Positions 44,341-53,860 of a stretch of DNA of 64,000 bases are shown here, piece by piece. This DNA is from a virus (lineage: Duplodnaviria; Caudoviricetes). Every line of letters begins with the position of its first letter. Position 1 is the stretch's first letter. The stretch spans positions 6,495 to 70,494 of the IMG/VR virus record IMGVR_UViG_3300037067_003630. One strand, written 5' to 3'. A program made the position numbers and the translations under genes. The notes under the pieces were generated by a model. It did not search any database. It had not been told where the DNA came from and saw nothing but the letters and a program-made list of their open reading frames with translations.

Positions 44341-44366
44341 AGTCCCCTCGTTGGAGGGGATTTTTG
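44341..44366. terminator. Intrinsic terminator ending the tail operon upstream of the pilins
   Basis: AGTCCCCTC-GTTG-GAGGGGATTTTTG, with a T-rich tract on the left flank. Confidence 0.7.
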
Positions 44367-44390
44367 TTATGTTGCCGTTGTTTTTAATAG

Positions 44391-44672
44391 TTATGCTGTT
44401 GTGCCGTCTGCATCTACCCATCCGCCAGTAGTTGTATACCATATCGGACGGCCAAGTGTGGTGTCAAAATACATGCTGCCATCTGATAAAGAAGTTGACC
44501 GGTCTGTTGAGACTCCTGATAAATTATAAGACACTTCTGCCGCCGCGCCTGCTGAATTGAGTACATACATTTTTTCGCCTGACAAAAGATAAAGTCTTGC
44601 ATCTCCCGAATCAGGATTAGCCGGGCTTGATGATTGCTCAAGAAACGTTAATTGAATAATTTGTTGTGCCAT
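44391..44672 (-). CDS. Tail-associated small protein
   Basis: GSMYFDTTLGRPIWYTTTGGWVDADG motif typical of tail-fibre-associated proteins. Confidence 0.6.
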   Translation of the reverse strand: MAQQIIQLTFLEQSSSPANPDSGDARLYLLSGEKMYVLNSAGAAAEVSYNLSGVSTDRSTSLSDGSMYFDTTLGRPIWYTTTGGWVDADGTTA

Positions 44673-45464
44673 TTAAGCCACCTCCACCATAATTATATCC
44701 CCGTCAATGTCAAAGACTATTTCGGGGCTTGTTGTACTACCGTTTACCAAGGGTTTGAGTTTTGTTTCTCTGTGGTCATTCTGATGATTGAATGCAAGGG
44801 TTGTTTTAGTTGAATTTGTATATATATCATAGTTTGAGGCATAAATAATAAATGGAGGAACTGATATCTCTCCACCTGTGTGTATCATTGTTTGCCATTG
44901 CCCATTATTAGTGAAAAGATATAAAGAATATATATTATAAGTATTTTCACTGACGTATACTTCCTTTTCAGTTGTAAAAAGAGCAGTGCCATAACCAGGA
45001 TATAAGAAAATAATTTGATATTTTTCACCTGGATACGTTGGCGGTGTATCGGGATAATACCGCCATGTCTGTATTTGTGTCTTGTGATAATGGCTTGATA
45101 TTTCGCCTGTCAAAACCGCTTCAATATTAACTTTTGTTACCAGACTTGCATGAGTGTGTGAGGTCAATTCTCCTGTCAGTACCGCCTCAATTTCAGCCTT
45201 TGTCATTGCTGGACTAGCCGCAACATGCCAACTTGTACCGCCATCACAGCTTATTTGCCCGAAACAATTCTGTTTTATCGCCGTACTGTTTGCTGTGACT
45301 GTTCCTGCGCCATAGTTGACAATAATAGAATCAGCGAATGTATATACCGCCGCCGCTGCCGGAAAGGTTAGCGTTATCGGCGTAGCAGAGGTACATTTTA
45401 TTATTGTGTCGAACAGGTCGATATCATCTAGGGTGACAGACGATGTGACTACTTTTTGCTTCAT
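44673..45464 (-). CDS. Tail fibre/receptor-binding-like protein
   Basis: Tandem repeat (I/N)EAVLTGE(L/I)(T/S)SH; tail-tip position. Confidence 0.65.
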   Translation of the reverse strand: MKQKVVTSSVTLDDIDLFDTIIKCTSATPITLTFPAAAAVYTFADSIIVNYGAGTVTANSTAIKQNCFGQISCDGGTSWHVAASPAMTKAEIEAVLTGELTSHTHASLVTKVNIEAVLTGEISSHYHKTQIQTWRYYPDTPPTYPGEKYQIIFLYPGYGTALFTTEKEVYVSENTYNIYSLYLFTNNGQWQTMIHTGGEISVPPFIIYASNYDIYTNSTKTTLAFNHQNDHRETKLKPLVNGSTTSPEIVFDIDGDIIMVEVA

Positions 45465-46825
45465 AAGTTTATCCTCCTGTTGCTTGCTCCGTCTTTCCAA
45501 TATGCCGCTTCTACTCTCTTACCCGTCAGCGTCCCCGCGTCCGTCGTTGTCTTTGCAAAAAATACCGTTGTCAGGCTTGAACTATCATACACATCTGCAT
45601 TAGCCTGCAATAGTGTCGTATATGAGTAGTTGTCTGCATCGCTAATGTATTCCCACACGCCCGTATTAAGCTGGTATAATTTGCCTACACTTGCTGATTT
45701 GACCTGCGTATCGCCTGAAAAGTTGTAGTACCATGGTGCGGAGTTGACAACAAGGCGAATGTTTGCCCCTGCTGAAAATATGACTTGATAGGGGTATAGC
45801 GAAGTCAAAACAGGCGAATCGGGGTAGGTTGTCCATGGCTGATAGTCGGGTGCGGATAGGGTCAGATATGAGGCGTCAAGGATGCGGGTGGGGGCTAATG
45901 TTAAACCTGTTTTAATTAGCCTTGAACTAGCCGTAGCATACAGAACATCGCCTAAGCAAACCATAGAATACGAATTATTTGTAAGCCCATATTCAGATGC
46001 TCCCACAATAATCCATGAATCTACATTATCGTATTTATACAGTGCTCCGCTTTGCCCTTCTACTCCGTATAACTCATTTTTACAAACAGTAAGAGAAAAC
46101 ATTTCGCCACTCGGTAAGGGATTTGAAATTACTTCTATCCAAGAAGAAGTACCATCCCATTTATATAGTTGCTTGCCAAGATTAATTGTTGCATATACGG
46201 TTCCATTGAATTCTGCCGCACTATTAACCCAATTGCTACCTTGAGCGGAAACAATTACTACCCATGTATATATTCCATCCCAAAACAAGATTTTCCCCTT
46301 GGTTGTAACTGCATAAATACTATTATTTTTTACAAATAGTAATTTTATTATATCTTGATATTCTATATAAGGAGCCATTTCTACAAATTCATTGTTAACT
46401 ACTTTTACCAAATATCCTACACTTAATGCTAAATAAATTTCGCTATTGTAAACTATCCCCGCCGTTATACTCTCTTCAAACCATCCTATGCTATTTACGT
46501 CAATCCAGCCATTTACCCCATCCCACTTTTTTAAATATGCAGAACTCATATATGTTTGCGAACCGTAAATAGCATTGTTGTATACCAAAATAGGTACAAC
46601 ATAATCGTAGTTTGGCGTGATTGCTATTTGTTCCCACGCATCTATACCGTTATATTTAAGTAGTCCGTAAATGTCCGTACCTGCGTGTATCTCTCCGTTT
46701 AACACTATCGAAATATTCGCAGGGATACTGTCTAATTGTGGTGCAGCCAACGACCACCCGTATGGAGCCGTATCCATCCTAAACGCCGCACACCCTCCCC
46801 TTGCCATCATTGCACTTGCACCCAT
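45461..46825 (-). CDS. Putative receptor-binding protein with a ~7-bladed beta-propeller
   Basis: About seven ~43-aa repeats of the type V.N..IY...G.L.KWDG...W. Confidence 0.7.
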   Translation of the reverse strand: MGASAMMARGGCAAFRMDTAPYGWSLAAPQLDSIPANISIVLNGEIHAGTDIYGLLKYNGIDAWEQIAITPNYDYVVPILVYNNAIYGSQTYMSSAYLKKWDGVNGWIDVNSIGWFEESITAGIVYNSEIYLALSVGYLVKVVNNEFVEMAPYIEYQDIIKLLFVKNNSIYAVTTKGKILFWDGIYTWVVIVSAQGSNWVNSAAEFNGTVYATINLGKQLYKWDGTSSWIEVISNPLPSGEMFSLTVCKNELYGVEGQSGALYKYDNVDSWIIVGASEYGLTNNSYSMVCLGDVLYATASSRLIKTGLTLAPTRILDASYLTLSAPDYQPWTTYPDSPVLTSLYPYQVIFSAGANIRLVVNSAPWYYNFSGDTQVKSASVGKLYQLNTGVWEYISDADNYSYTTLLQANADVYDSSSLTTVFFAKTTTDAGTLTGKRVEAAYWKDGASNRRINL

Positions 46826-48351
46826 CAGACCACCTCCCAAGCTGTTGTAACACCTGTGCGCACCGTGACACTCTCCTGTGGGTATAGGTATTTTGTCAAC
46901 GTACCGTCCGTCACCGTCACCATGCCGTTTGCTGCGTTTGCATTATGGATACAAAACATTACAATGCCATCGTGGTCTACTGCGCTGCCTGCAATGTTTT
47001 TATCTGTGGTAGGGTCGGGCAGGGTAATTATGGTTGTGCCGGTGACATTGACTTGCCTTGCGCTCGCCCAGGTGAGAGTTGTGGCGGTGGTTATGGCGCT
47101 GCCATCGTCTATAGTGGGGTCGTCGGTGTCAACTAAAACACTTTTAGCCTTTGCTCCTGCCGGCCAATCAATGTCCACATATAAATTTGTCTGTGTTATC
47201 GCGCCCGTGCTGTCGATATAGGTATTGCTGATTCCTCCGCTTTCTTTTGCCTTTGAGACTACCTTTTCTAAATACTCCATGCCCGTCTGGTTGCCCTGAG
47301 TAGAAAAATTGTCAGACTTTCTCACGGAGCATTGAAGGGTACAATGCAGGTTCTGGTTGCCGTTGTCCTGCAAGGTGACTTCTTCAATGAGGTAGTATGT
47401 ATCCGAGCTTATCCCGAATGTCGGTAGATTGACTTTCAGTTTTGTTCCGGCAATCCAGTCGAGCGTCCATGATTTGATTGTCAGTGTTCGGGGAATTATG
47501 CCGAACTTTTTCAGTGCATTTGTTGCCGCTGTTGTAGCATCTGCCAGGAGGTCAATATTGCCATCATTTATTACTGTGCCATATACGCCCGTGCCGCCCT
47601 CTATTGCCGCCCGTGCCGTCTGTTCTGTGGTGTCCTCCTCATACGTTTGTATTGCATACCCATCGTCGCCAATGCCGCCGCGGACAAATACCTTATTCGC
47701 ATATCCGTCGAGTGACTTTTCATACGATTCAATCTCAAAGTCGGTAAACGCGCCGCCCTCAACAATGTCATGCGCTGCGGCTACCTCTGCATCATCGGCA
47801 ACAAAGTATAATGCTTTGCTGTCGTCGATATACCATTTATATCCGGAGGCTGCCGCCATTTCGTTTAGGATTTCACCGCACGATTTGCACACCGCGTCAT
47901 ATTCACCATCGCCCACAGGGTCAGCTCCTGTGGAGATAGTGCCTGCCGTAATACCTTCTGAGCTTAATACGGGGGTATAGGGTGTTACCTGACTGGCTAT
48001 CAAGTCTGTTACAACATAGCCTGCCGATTTTTGGTCATAGGGGTTTGTTATTGTCCTCCTTGACGGTATACTGCCATAGCCATTTGAGGTGATACTGAGT
48101 TGTATCTTTTTTCCTGCGCCATATCCCGCCTCCAGCTTTTCATGCTGGATTGACTGAATAACGCCGCCGAATATGACTGTAGCGCCATCTAAAACTTGCA
48201 CATCCTGTCCCACATCCGGAAGGTATGCGGAGGTAGTGACAACGGAGAATGAGCAGTCGTTTTTGTGCCCTGTCCTGCGCGTGACAGATAAAGAGCCTGC
48301 TAATAACAGGCTCGTTTTATCTATTGTTGCAATTTTTAGTGTATATGCCAT
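46825..48351 (-). CDS. Tail tip/baseplate hub protein
   Basis: Follows the tape measure gene; GQDVQVLDGATVIFGGVI, GYKWYIDDSKALYF and YANKVFVRG. Confidence 0.7.
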   Translation of the reverse strand: MAYTLKIATIDKTSLLLAGSLSVTRRTGHKNDCSFSVVTTSAYLPDVGQDVQVLDGATVIFGGVIQSIQHEKLEAGYGAGKKIQLSITSNGYGSIPSRRTITNPYDQKSAGYVVTDLIASQVTPYTPVLSSEGITAGTISTGADPVGDGEYDAVCKSCGEILNEMAAASGYKWYIDDSKALYFVADDAEVAAAHDIVEGGAFTDFEIESYEKSLDGYANKVFVRGGIGDDGYAIQTYEEDTTEQTARAAIEGGTGVYGTVINDGNIDLLADATTAATNALKKFGIIPRTLTIKSWTLDWIAGTKLKVNLPTFGISSDTYYLIEEVTLQDNGNQNLHCTLQCSVRKSDNFSTQGNQTGMEYLEKVVSKAKESGGISNTYIDSTGAITQTNLYVDIDWPAGAKAKSVLVDTDDPTIDDGSAITTATTLTWASARQVNVTGTTIITLPDPTTDKNIAGSAVDHDGIVMFCIHNANAANGMVTVTDGTLTKYLYPQESVTVRTGVTTAWEVV

Positions 48352-48365
48352 ATGGTATCACCACC

Positions 48366-48566
48366 TTAAAATGCGAATCCGGCTAATTTGAGTTTTTCAA
48401 CTATTAATGCTGCAATTGTTTCAGTGTCACTTACAGTGGAAATACTGGTAATCAATTCTGTTGCCACAGGTTTGCTTGAATTAAGTTTTTTCAATTCTCC
48501 AGCAATTTCTTCTATTCGCCATAACAATTCTTTTTCAATCCCAATCGTTACTTTTATTTCTTCCAT
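48366..48566 (-). CDS. Small hypothetical protein between tape measure and tail-tip genes
   Basis: AAGGAG SD; 66 aa. Confidence 0.5.
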   Translation of the reverse strand: MEEIKVTIGIEKELLWRIEEIAGELKKLNSSKPVATELITSISTVSDTETIAALIVEKLKLAGFAF

Positions 48567-48581
48567 CTCGTTTCTCCTTTC

Positions 48582-50882
48582 CTAGAAGGCATATCCTGCC
48601 GCCCTCAATTTCTTTACTATCGTGTTGGCTATTGCCTCTGCATCGCCCTTGCTGCCGGTCACATTCAGGATAAGCTGCTTTTCAATGACTGTTTCCGCTT
48701 TCTGATTAGCCGTGAACATTTTGGAGGACTCGCCGCCGGCAATGGAATACTTCTGATTGTATAATTTTTGATATTCCTGTAACTGTGCGCCGGACATTTT
48801 AGCAAGAGCTTTGACGGAGTCCACAGAGCCTGCGCCCATGCTTCGGAGGTCACTGATTAAGTCTGCGCTTACGCCGCGCTTTTCAAGTGTAGCCAATGAG
48901 CTGCGCCATTCACCCATGGCTTTGACTTGCGCTTTTAGGCGGGTAAGCAACCTCTCTCCCGAGACTGATTTACGCTCAAACACATCAAACAATCCGACGA
49001 AATTTGCAAAGGCTGTGGTTTGCTGTTTTATAGCGTCAATCATTGACTTGATGCTGTTTCTAAAGGTATCAACACCTTTTTCCGCTGTGTCTGCGCTTTT
49101 CGTGATTTCCTCAAGAAGCTTCTTATAATCGGCTGCTGCTTTTTTAGCCTCTTCGGATCCTGCTGCTGCTCCGTCTAATATTTTAGGCAGTTTTACATCG
49201 CCCATTGCTTTTTGAATGGCATTGCTAAAATCCGTTCCGATGCTCTTGCCGTAGTCCGGATTTTTATTTATATAGTCTAGAGTGACTTCGGCTTGAGCGC
49301 CTACACCAAAATTCTTTTTGAATCTATCTGTGTATTCCTGTATTTTGGATTCGCTCATACTGATAGAACCGGCAGCAACGCCAGGTATTTTTTCCATCAG
49401 TTTTAGTATCGAATTAACAAAATTCAAATATTTGGTATATAATCCTGTCCAAAAGTTTGCCCACCACACCTCAAGAGGCAAAAAGGTTTTAGGTATATCC
49501 ACAGCAAGGAGTTTCCACCCTGCATCCATAGCGCCTCTGACATTCTCATCCGTGTTGTACAAATAGATAAGCCCTGCAACCAATCCGGCTATTGCGATAA
49601 TTACCAGTCCCGCCGGAGTCACCAAAAAACTGAGCATACTCATTAGTCCACTGATGCCTATTGCCACCTGTCCGGCTATTATCAGGAGCGGACCGAGAGC
49701 CGCAACTATACCAAACACGGCTGCAATAAAACCTTGAGTACTTGCAGGTAAGGCCAAAAACTTGTCAACCAAACCGACAACAAAATCGATAAACTTTTTA
49801 ATGGCCGGAATTACTCTATCCTCAACAATCTTTACTATCTTTTCCATCACAGGAAGAAATTTCACCGCAATATCTGAACCTAATTTTGCAAATATCTGCT
49901 TGATTTCGTCAAATTTATCACCCATTGCATCTAGTGCGTCAAGTTCAGTTTGTGACAATACTAAATTTAAATCTTTAGCCCGTTTGAGGTATTTATCCAT
50001 TTCATCGGCGTTGGCACGGATAAGAGGAATTAAATCTTGAAAACTTTTTCCGAATATCTTACTTGCAACTTCTGCCTGCAAGGTTTCGTCACTTATTCCA
50101 CCAAGTTTTTTAATTGTTTCGAAAAACGTCTCGTTTATAGGGCGTAATGTTCCATCAGTTTCTTTCAAACTTACTTTGAGTGCTGAGAATATTTTTGCCA
50201 TCTCGCTTTTTGAGTCGTTTGCGGTTGTAAGCGCACGTGTAAACTTGGAGAAACTACCCGTTATGGTTTCAAAGGAAACGTCAACCTGTGTTGCGGCATA
50301 CTTCAATTGCTGTAAATATTCTGTGCTCATGCCCGTTGTTACTGACAGAATATTTATACTTTCAGCATATTCAGCGGCTTTTGCCGTTAATGCCACCATT
50401 GCGGTTGTTGCTGCAACCATCGAGCCGGTCACATACATAGACATTGACCTGCCCATGGAAGTCATTTTTTCGCCCGCGGTTTTTAGTTGACCGCTTACTG
50501 CAGTAAGACCGTTTTTGAAGTTCTGTAGCGGTGTGAGACCGCCGCCGATTTCCTTATTGAGTTTGGCTTGCTGGATTTGCAGGTCAAGAAGCTTGTTTTT
50601 GTAAGTCATCGCTTCTTTTGACGCCGCGCCCTTTGCTGTCGTGACTTCCTGCATCTTCTTCTTGGTAATATCTATTTGTGCCGACAATGCCGCCTGAGTG
50701 CTTGAGTTGGCTTTTGCCTGTTGTGCCAATCCCTTTAAGCTGTTACTTGCTGCATTGTTTTTGACTTTCCATAATTCAAGTTCCTTGTTGATTGAGGCGG
50801 TTGCCTGTTTGGCAATATCTATGCCCTGTTTGTAACTGGATGCGTCAAGTATCAATTTTGAAACTAATGTTTTATCTGCCAA
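48582..50882 (-). CDS. Tail tape measure protein
   Basis: ~766 aa, Ala-rich helical, hydrophobic mid-region (GIVAALGPLLIIAG); TTG start after GAGGTG. Confidence 0.88.
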   Translation of the reverse strand: MADKTLVSKLILDASSYKQGIDIAKQATASINKELELWKVKNNAASNSLKGLAQQAKANSSTQAALSAQIDITKKKMQEVTTAKGAASKEAMTYKNKLLDLQIQQAKLNKEIGGGLTPLQNFKNGLTAVSGQLKTAGEKMTSMGRSMSMYVTGSMVAATTAMVALTAKAAEYAESINILSVTTGMSTEYLQQLKYAATQVDVSFETITGSFSKFTRALTTANDSKSEMAKIFSALKVSLKETDGTLRPINETFFETIKKLGGISDETLQAEVASKIFGKSFQDLIPLIRANADEMDKYLKRAKDLNLVLSQTELDALDAMGDKFDEIKQIFAKLGSDIAVKFLPVMEKIVKIVEDRVIPAIKKFIDFVVGLVDKFLALPASTQGFIAAVFGIVAALGPLLIIAGQVAIGISGLMSMLSFLVTPAGLVIIAIAGLVAGLIYLYNTDENVRGAMDAGWKLLAVDIPKTFLPLEVWWANFWTGLYTKYLNFVNSILKLMEKIPGVAAGSISMSESKIQEYTDRFKKNFGVGAQAEVTLDYINKNPDYGKSIGTDFSNAIQKAMGDVKLPKILDGAAAGSEEAKKAAADYKKLLEEITKSADTAEKGVDTFRNSIKSMIDAIKQQTTAFANFVGLFDVFERKSVSGERLLTRLKAQVKAMGEWRSSLATLEKRGVSADLISDLRSMGAGSVDSVKALAKMSGAQLQEYQKLYNQKYSIAGGESSKMFTANQKAETVIEKQLILNVTGSKGDAEAIANTIVKKLRAAGYAF

Positions 50883-50892
50883 TTTAACCACC

Positions 50893-51303
50893 TCACTTTT
50901 TAAAGGCACTTTCTATCCCATTGAATACAACTTCCTCTATCTTTTGATATGCCTCGTCTTTGGACTCATCGAAGGCAGGGCGAATCCAAGGACGGGCAGG
51001 TTCATGGGAAGATCCGTATTCCGAGAACTTGCCATAAAATGCCTTAGTTATATCACCTTTTGAAATACCCACTATCTGCGAATACACCCCGCTTTTGAGT
51101 TTGCGGACAGTGCCTATTTTTATATTTCGCTGCAATTCACCTGTTCTTTTATGTAGCACTGAATAAACCTTGCGTTTCATGGCATCTAGAACAGGCTTTG
51201 CACCTTCATTAAGCGCCTTTTTAAAAACTGTTTCGCCTTCCTTGCCCATGTTGTCGAGGGCGTCTATCATTTCCTGGAAGCCATCTGTTTCAAGTTCAAT
51301 CAT
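50893..51303 (-). CDS. HK97 gp10-like neck/tail-completion protein
   Basis: FYGKFSEYGSSHEPARPWIRPAFD. Confidence 0.85.
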   Translation of the reverse strand: MIELETDGFQEMIDALDNMGKEGETVFKKALNEGAKPVLDAMKRKVYSVLHKRTGELQRNIKIGTVRKLKSGVYSQIVGISKGDITKAFYGKFSEYGSSHEPARPWIRPAFDESKDEAYQKIEEVVFNGIESAFKK

Positions 51304-51494
51304 AATCGCACACCCTCTTTCATAGCCATCAAGGACTTTTCCCATGCCCTTTCCTCTTCTGTTAACAGGCAATAGGCTTTCCATTCCGTGACTTCTGCTG
51401 ATGACATTCTTTCTAAAACCTCATCCCGCGTCATACAGAGCGCAAGAGCTAGACCGAAATAGAATCGCTCTTCGGGTTGCTCTCTGAGTTTTTT
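51300..51494 (-). CDS. Tail assembly chaperone -1 frameshift extension (gpGT-like)
   Basis: Slippery A AAA AAC at 51494-51488; the -1 frame reads KLREQPEERFYFGLALALCMTRDEVLERMSSAEVTEWKAY... to TGA 51300. Confidence 0.75.
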   Translation of the reverse strand, partial: KKLREQPEERFYFGLALALCMTRDEVLERMSSAEVTEWKAYCLLTEEERAWEKSLMAMKEGVRL

Positions 51495-51847
51495 GCCGCT
51501 TCCTCAACCGACTTTTCAGCCAATCCATTGAGTTTGAATACTTCCTCGCAAAGTTTTTGAATCACATCCCCATTTTTAGCAGCAAGAAGGTCTATTTCAT
51601 CATCTGTAAAAAGTCTCTTTCCTTCTTCGTCGCATAGGCTCATTGCTACCGCCCATACCTGACCGTCAAAAATGGTCTCATAATTGACATGCCCGCCGCC
51701 TTCGTCGATATTCACGGATTTACTGATATACGCGCTTCTGTCCTTCGCTGACCATTTTCTCAGATAGACTGTCCCGCCCCACTCAGGGACTTCGACTTCT
51801 TTTAAGCCAAAGTCCCTTGCGTTTAAAATTGAATCTCTGTTTAACAT
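51449..51847 (-). CDS. Tail assembly chaperone (gpG-like)
   Basis: EVEVPEWGGTVYLRKWSAKDR...SLCDEEGKRLFT; located between tail tube and tape measure genes. Confidence 0.82.
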   Translation of the reverse strand: MLNRDSILNARDFGLKEVEVPEWGGTVYLRKWSAKDRSAYISKSVNIDEGGGHVNYETIFDGQVWAVAMSLCDEEGKRLFTDDEIDLLAAKNGDVIQKLCEEVFKLNGLAEKSVEEAAKNSESNPKSDSISV

Positions 51848-51860
51848 AAAAATCCTCCCT

Positions 51861-52274
51861 TTATGCTGCAACGGTCGATAATACACTACCGCTGACAATC
51901 AAATTTGCTGAATAAGTTATTTGCCCGCCTATAGGCGCCTTGACATCATAGGATGTTACAAAGCACTCACCTTTTTTCAACACTGCACCTGTGCCGGTCG
52001 AATACGGATAGTATTCAAAAGACTTTGTATCCGAACTCCCGGCAATCCCGGCCAATACCGTGTCAACCGTGGTTGAATATTGCCCGGATATTGAACCGTT
52101 TGCGGATGGTAAACCCATTACATAATTTTTTGCCGTGTCCGTGAATCCGGTTACCTCTACTGTATCAGCAGATATTGGAAGTGATACGTCCGTCATGCCT
52201 GTAGAAATATCCGTTAGACTTCCCGCAGCGTTGTCGATGAAAAACCTTGCTGATTTGCCATGATAAAAACTCAT
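51861..52274 (-). CDS. Tail tube protein (paralog B)
   Basis: ADTVEVTGFTDTAKNYVMGL, GECFVTSYDVKAPIGG. Confidence 0.75.
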   Translation of the reverse strand: MSFYHGKSARFFIDNAAGSLTDISTGMTDVSLPISADTVEVTGFTDTAKNYVMGLPSANGSISGQYSTTVDTVLAGIAGSSDTKSFEYYPYSTGTGAVLKKGECFVTSYDVKAPIGGQITYSANLIVSGSVLSTVAA

Positions 52275-52290
52275 AAAATCATCTCCCTTT

Positions 52291-52989
52291 TTAATTTCGA
52301 TTTAGCGCCACACCAAAAGTGCAGCTCGCTGTTAACGTACATGAAGCCTTGACATACCGTCTGATTTCGCCGTCGATAGCCACCCTTTGAGCCGATGCCC
52401 CCGCAGGTGCCGTATCAAACGTTGCGACTGTAGCCCAGCTGGAACCGTCGCTTGAGTGGTCGATTACGATTGCCGCGTCGGATGTAGCCGTTGCCGTGAC
52501 CTGTAAATATCCTGCGCCGCCATTTGTGGATTTGGCAGTATTGTCCAGAGCTGCACCTGAACTGGAAGCTGTTGCCGCTGCTACCGCACGAACGCATTTG
52601 ACGGGCTCCTTGCCGACATTGGACTGACATACGGTTGCCACCCTGACAGCGCCGGAAATCGACGCCTTGACGTCATACTGTGTGTTGTAACCCTTCATCC
52701 CGTAGCCAGGCATTCCCGCAGACTCGCGCGGATACCATGTCCACACGTTGGCGTCAGTAGATATCGCATCATCAAGGTATTGGTCGATTTCACCTGTTGA
52801 ACCTGTACCGAATCCCTCCGCGTTTAGCGTCGCGCTTTTTATTCCCATGACATATTTTTTGGCTGTATCGGTGAAAACTGTTGTTTCGGCGGTATCAGCC
52901 GCCATGCTGACATTTACAGTGTCCATGTAGCTCGACATGGGATTGCCGTTTAGATAAACTTTTGAACCTTTGCCATGATAAAAACTCAT
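52291..52989 (-). CDS. Tail tube protein (paralog A) with C-terminal beta-sandwich extension
   Basis: ADTAETTVFTDTAKKYVMGI; same N-terminus as paralog B (MSFYHGK). Confidence 0.7.
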   Translation of the reverse strand: MSFYHGKGSKVYLNGNPMSSYMDTVNVSMAADTAETTVFTDTAKKYVMGIKSATLNAEGFGTGSTGEIDQYLDDAISTDANVWTWYPRESAGMPGYGMKGYNTQYDVKASISGAVRVATVCQSNVGKEPVKCVRAVAAATASSSGAALDNTAKSTNGGAGYLQVTATATSDAAIVIDHSSDGSSWATVATFDTAPAGASAQRVAIDGEIRRYVKASCTLTASCTFGVALNRN

Positions 52990-53120
52990 TCAATCACCTC
53001 CTTGACATAAAAATAACGTCCTAGTGGACGTCCATGCGCCAGAACCTATGTTTACTGCGCTTGACTCTCAAGTGCTTCTTTTGACACTGTTTGTAAACTT
53101 CTTTGATTATTTGTTTCATT

Positions 53121-53525
53121 TCACGCCTCCGTATGGTAAATTAGTAAGTCGATTACCTTCCCGAATCTTCCGGTATCATCCTCGTAACTGTCCGGGCCCT
53201 CGTCCAGCTCAATGTTTTTCACAGGCACCCCGCCAGTGCTGCCCATCGTTTGATTCATGTAGTTTTGTGTCGCTGCCCTGATTTGCTCCTGTACTGCCGA
53301 TACTCCTGTATAAGTTAAAGCCCAGGAAGTCGTTTGAATCCGCGTCATGGCTCCGATGTCTGCCGAAAATCCAGGTATTTTGGTAGAGTCTATTTTTTGC
53401 AGCGTAACTGCCGGAAGTGTCGGGGTTTGTGGCAGCTTTAAAAAATGAATCCGGTTTGAGACTAATGCAGTCAAGCCGGATTGTGCTAAAAGATAAGCCA
53501 ATAATGCTTCTTCTATTACCATCAA
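53121..53525 (-). CDS. Tail terminator (DUF3168-like)
   Basis: LTALVSNRIHFLKLPQTPTLPAVT...RIQTTSWA.TY. Confidence 0.8.
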   Translation of the reverse strand: MMVIEEALLAYLLAQSGLTALVSNRIHFLKLPQTPTLPAVTLQKIDSTKIPGFSADIGAMTRIQTTSWALTYTGVSAVQEQIRAATQNYMNQTMGSTGGVPVKNIELDEGPDSYEDDTGRFGKVIDLLIYHTEA

Positions 53526-53860
53526 ATCACTTCCTTTGCCATTATTGCGAGTTCTTTATTAGCCTCGTTCCAGTTTGAAATTCCAAGAAATTGCAGATAT
53601 CGATTTTTGTATTTTAGTCTCATTGTTGTACTGATTCCCGAACGATATCTCATTCGAATTTTATAACGCGTTTCGCTGATTCTTTCCTGTGGTGTCCACT
53701 TTTCATCACCTGCAACTGCATCTTCATTACTTCTTGAAACGTTAATACTGCACCATATAGTAACAAGGTCAGTCCATGTTTCTATATCTTCATTAAAGCT
53801 ATTTTTTGACTTCGCGGGGTATTGTATTGTACCTCTTTTGTCCAAATCTCCTGCTCTCAT
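53522..53860 (-). CDS. Head closure/head-tail adaptor (SPP1 gp16-like)
   Basis: MRAGDLDKRGTIQ, ETWTDLVTIW and YKIRMRYRSGISTTMRLKY motifs. Confidence 0.85.
   Translation of the reverse strand: MRAGDLDKRGTIQYPAKSKNSFNEDIETWTDLVTIWCSINVSRSNEDAVAGDEKWTPQERISETRYKIRMRYRSGISTTMRLKYKNRYLQFLGISNWNEANKELAIMAKEVI

Noticed and set aside
44673-46825. Diversity-generating retroelement or invertible tail-fibre cassette
   Set aside because: No reverse transcriptase, no near-identical TR/VR pair with adenine-specific differences, and no invertase or inverted crossover repeats found in the window.
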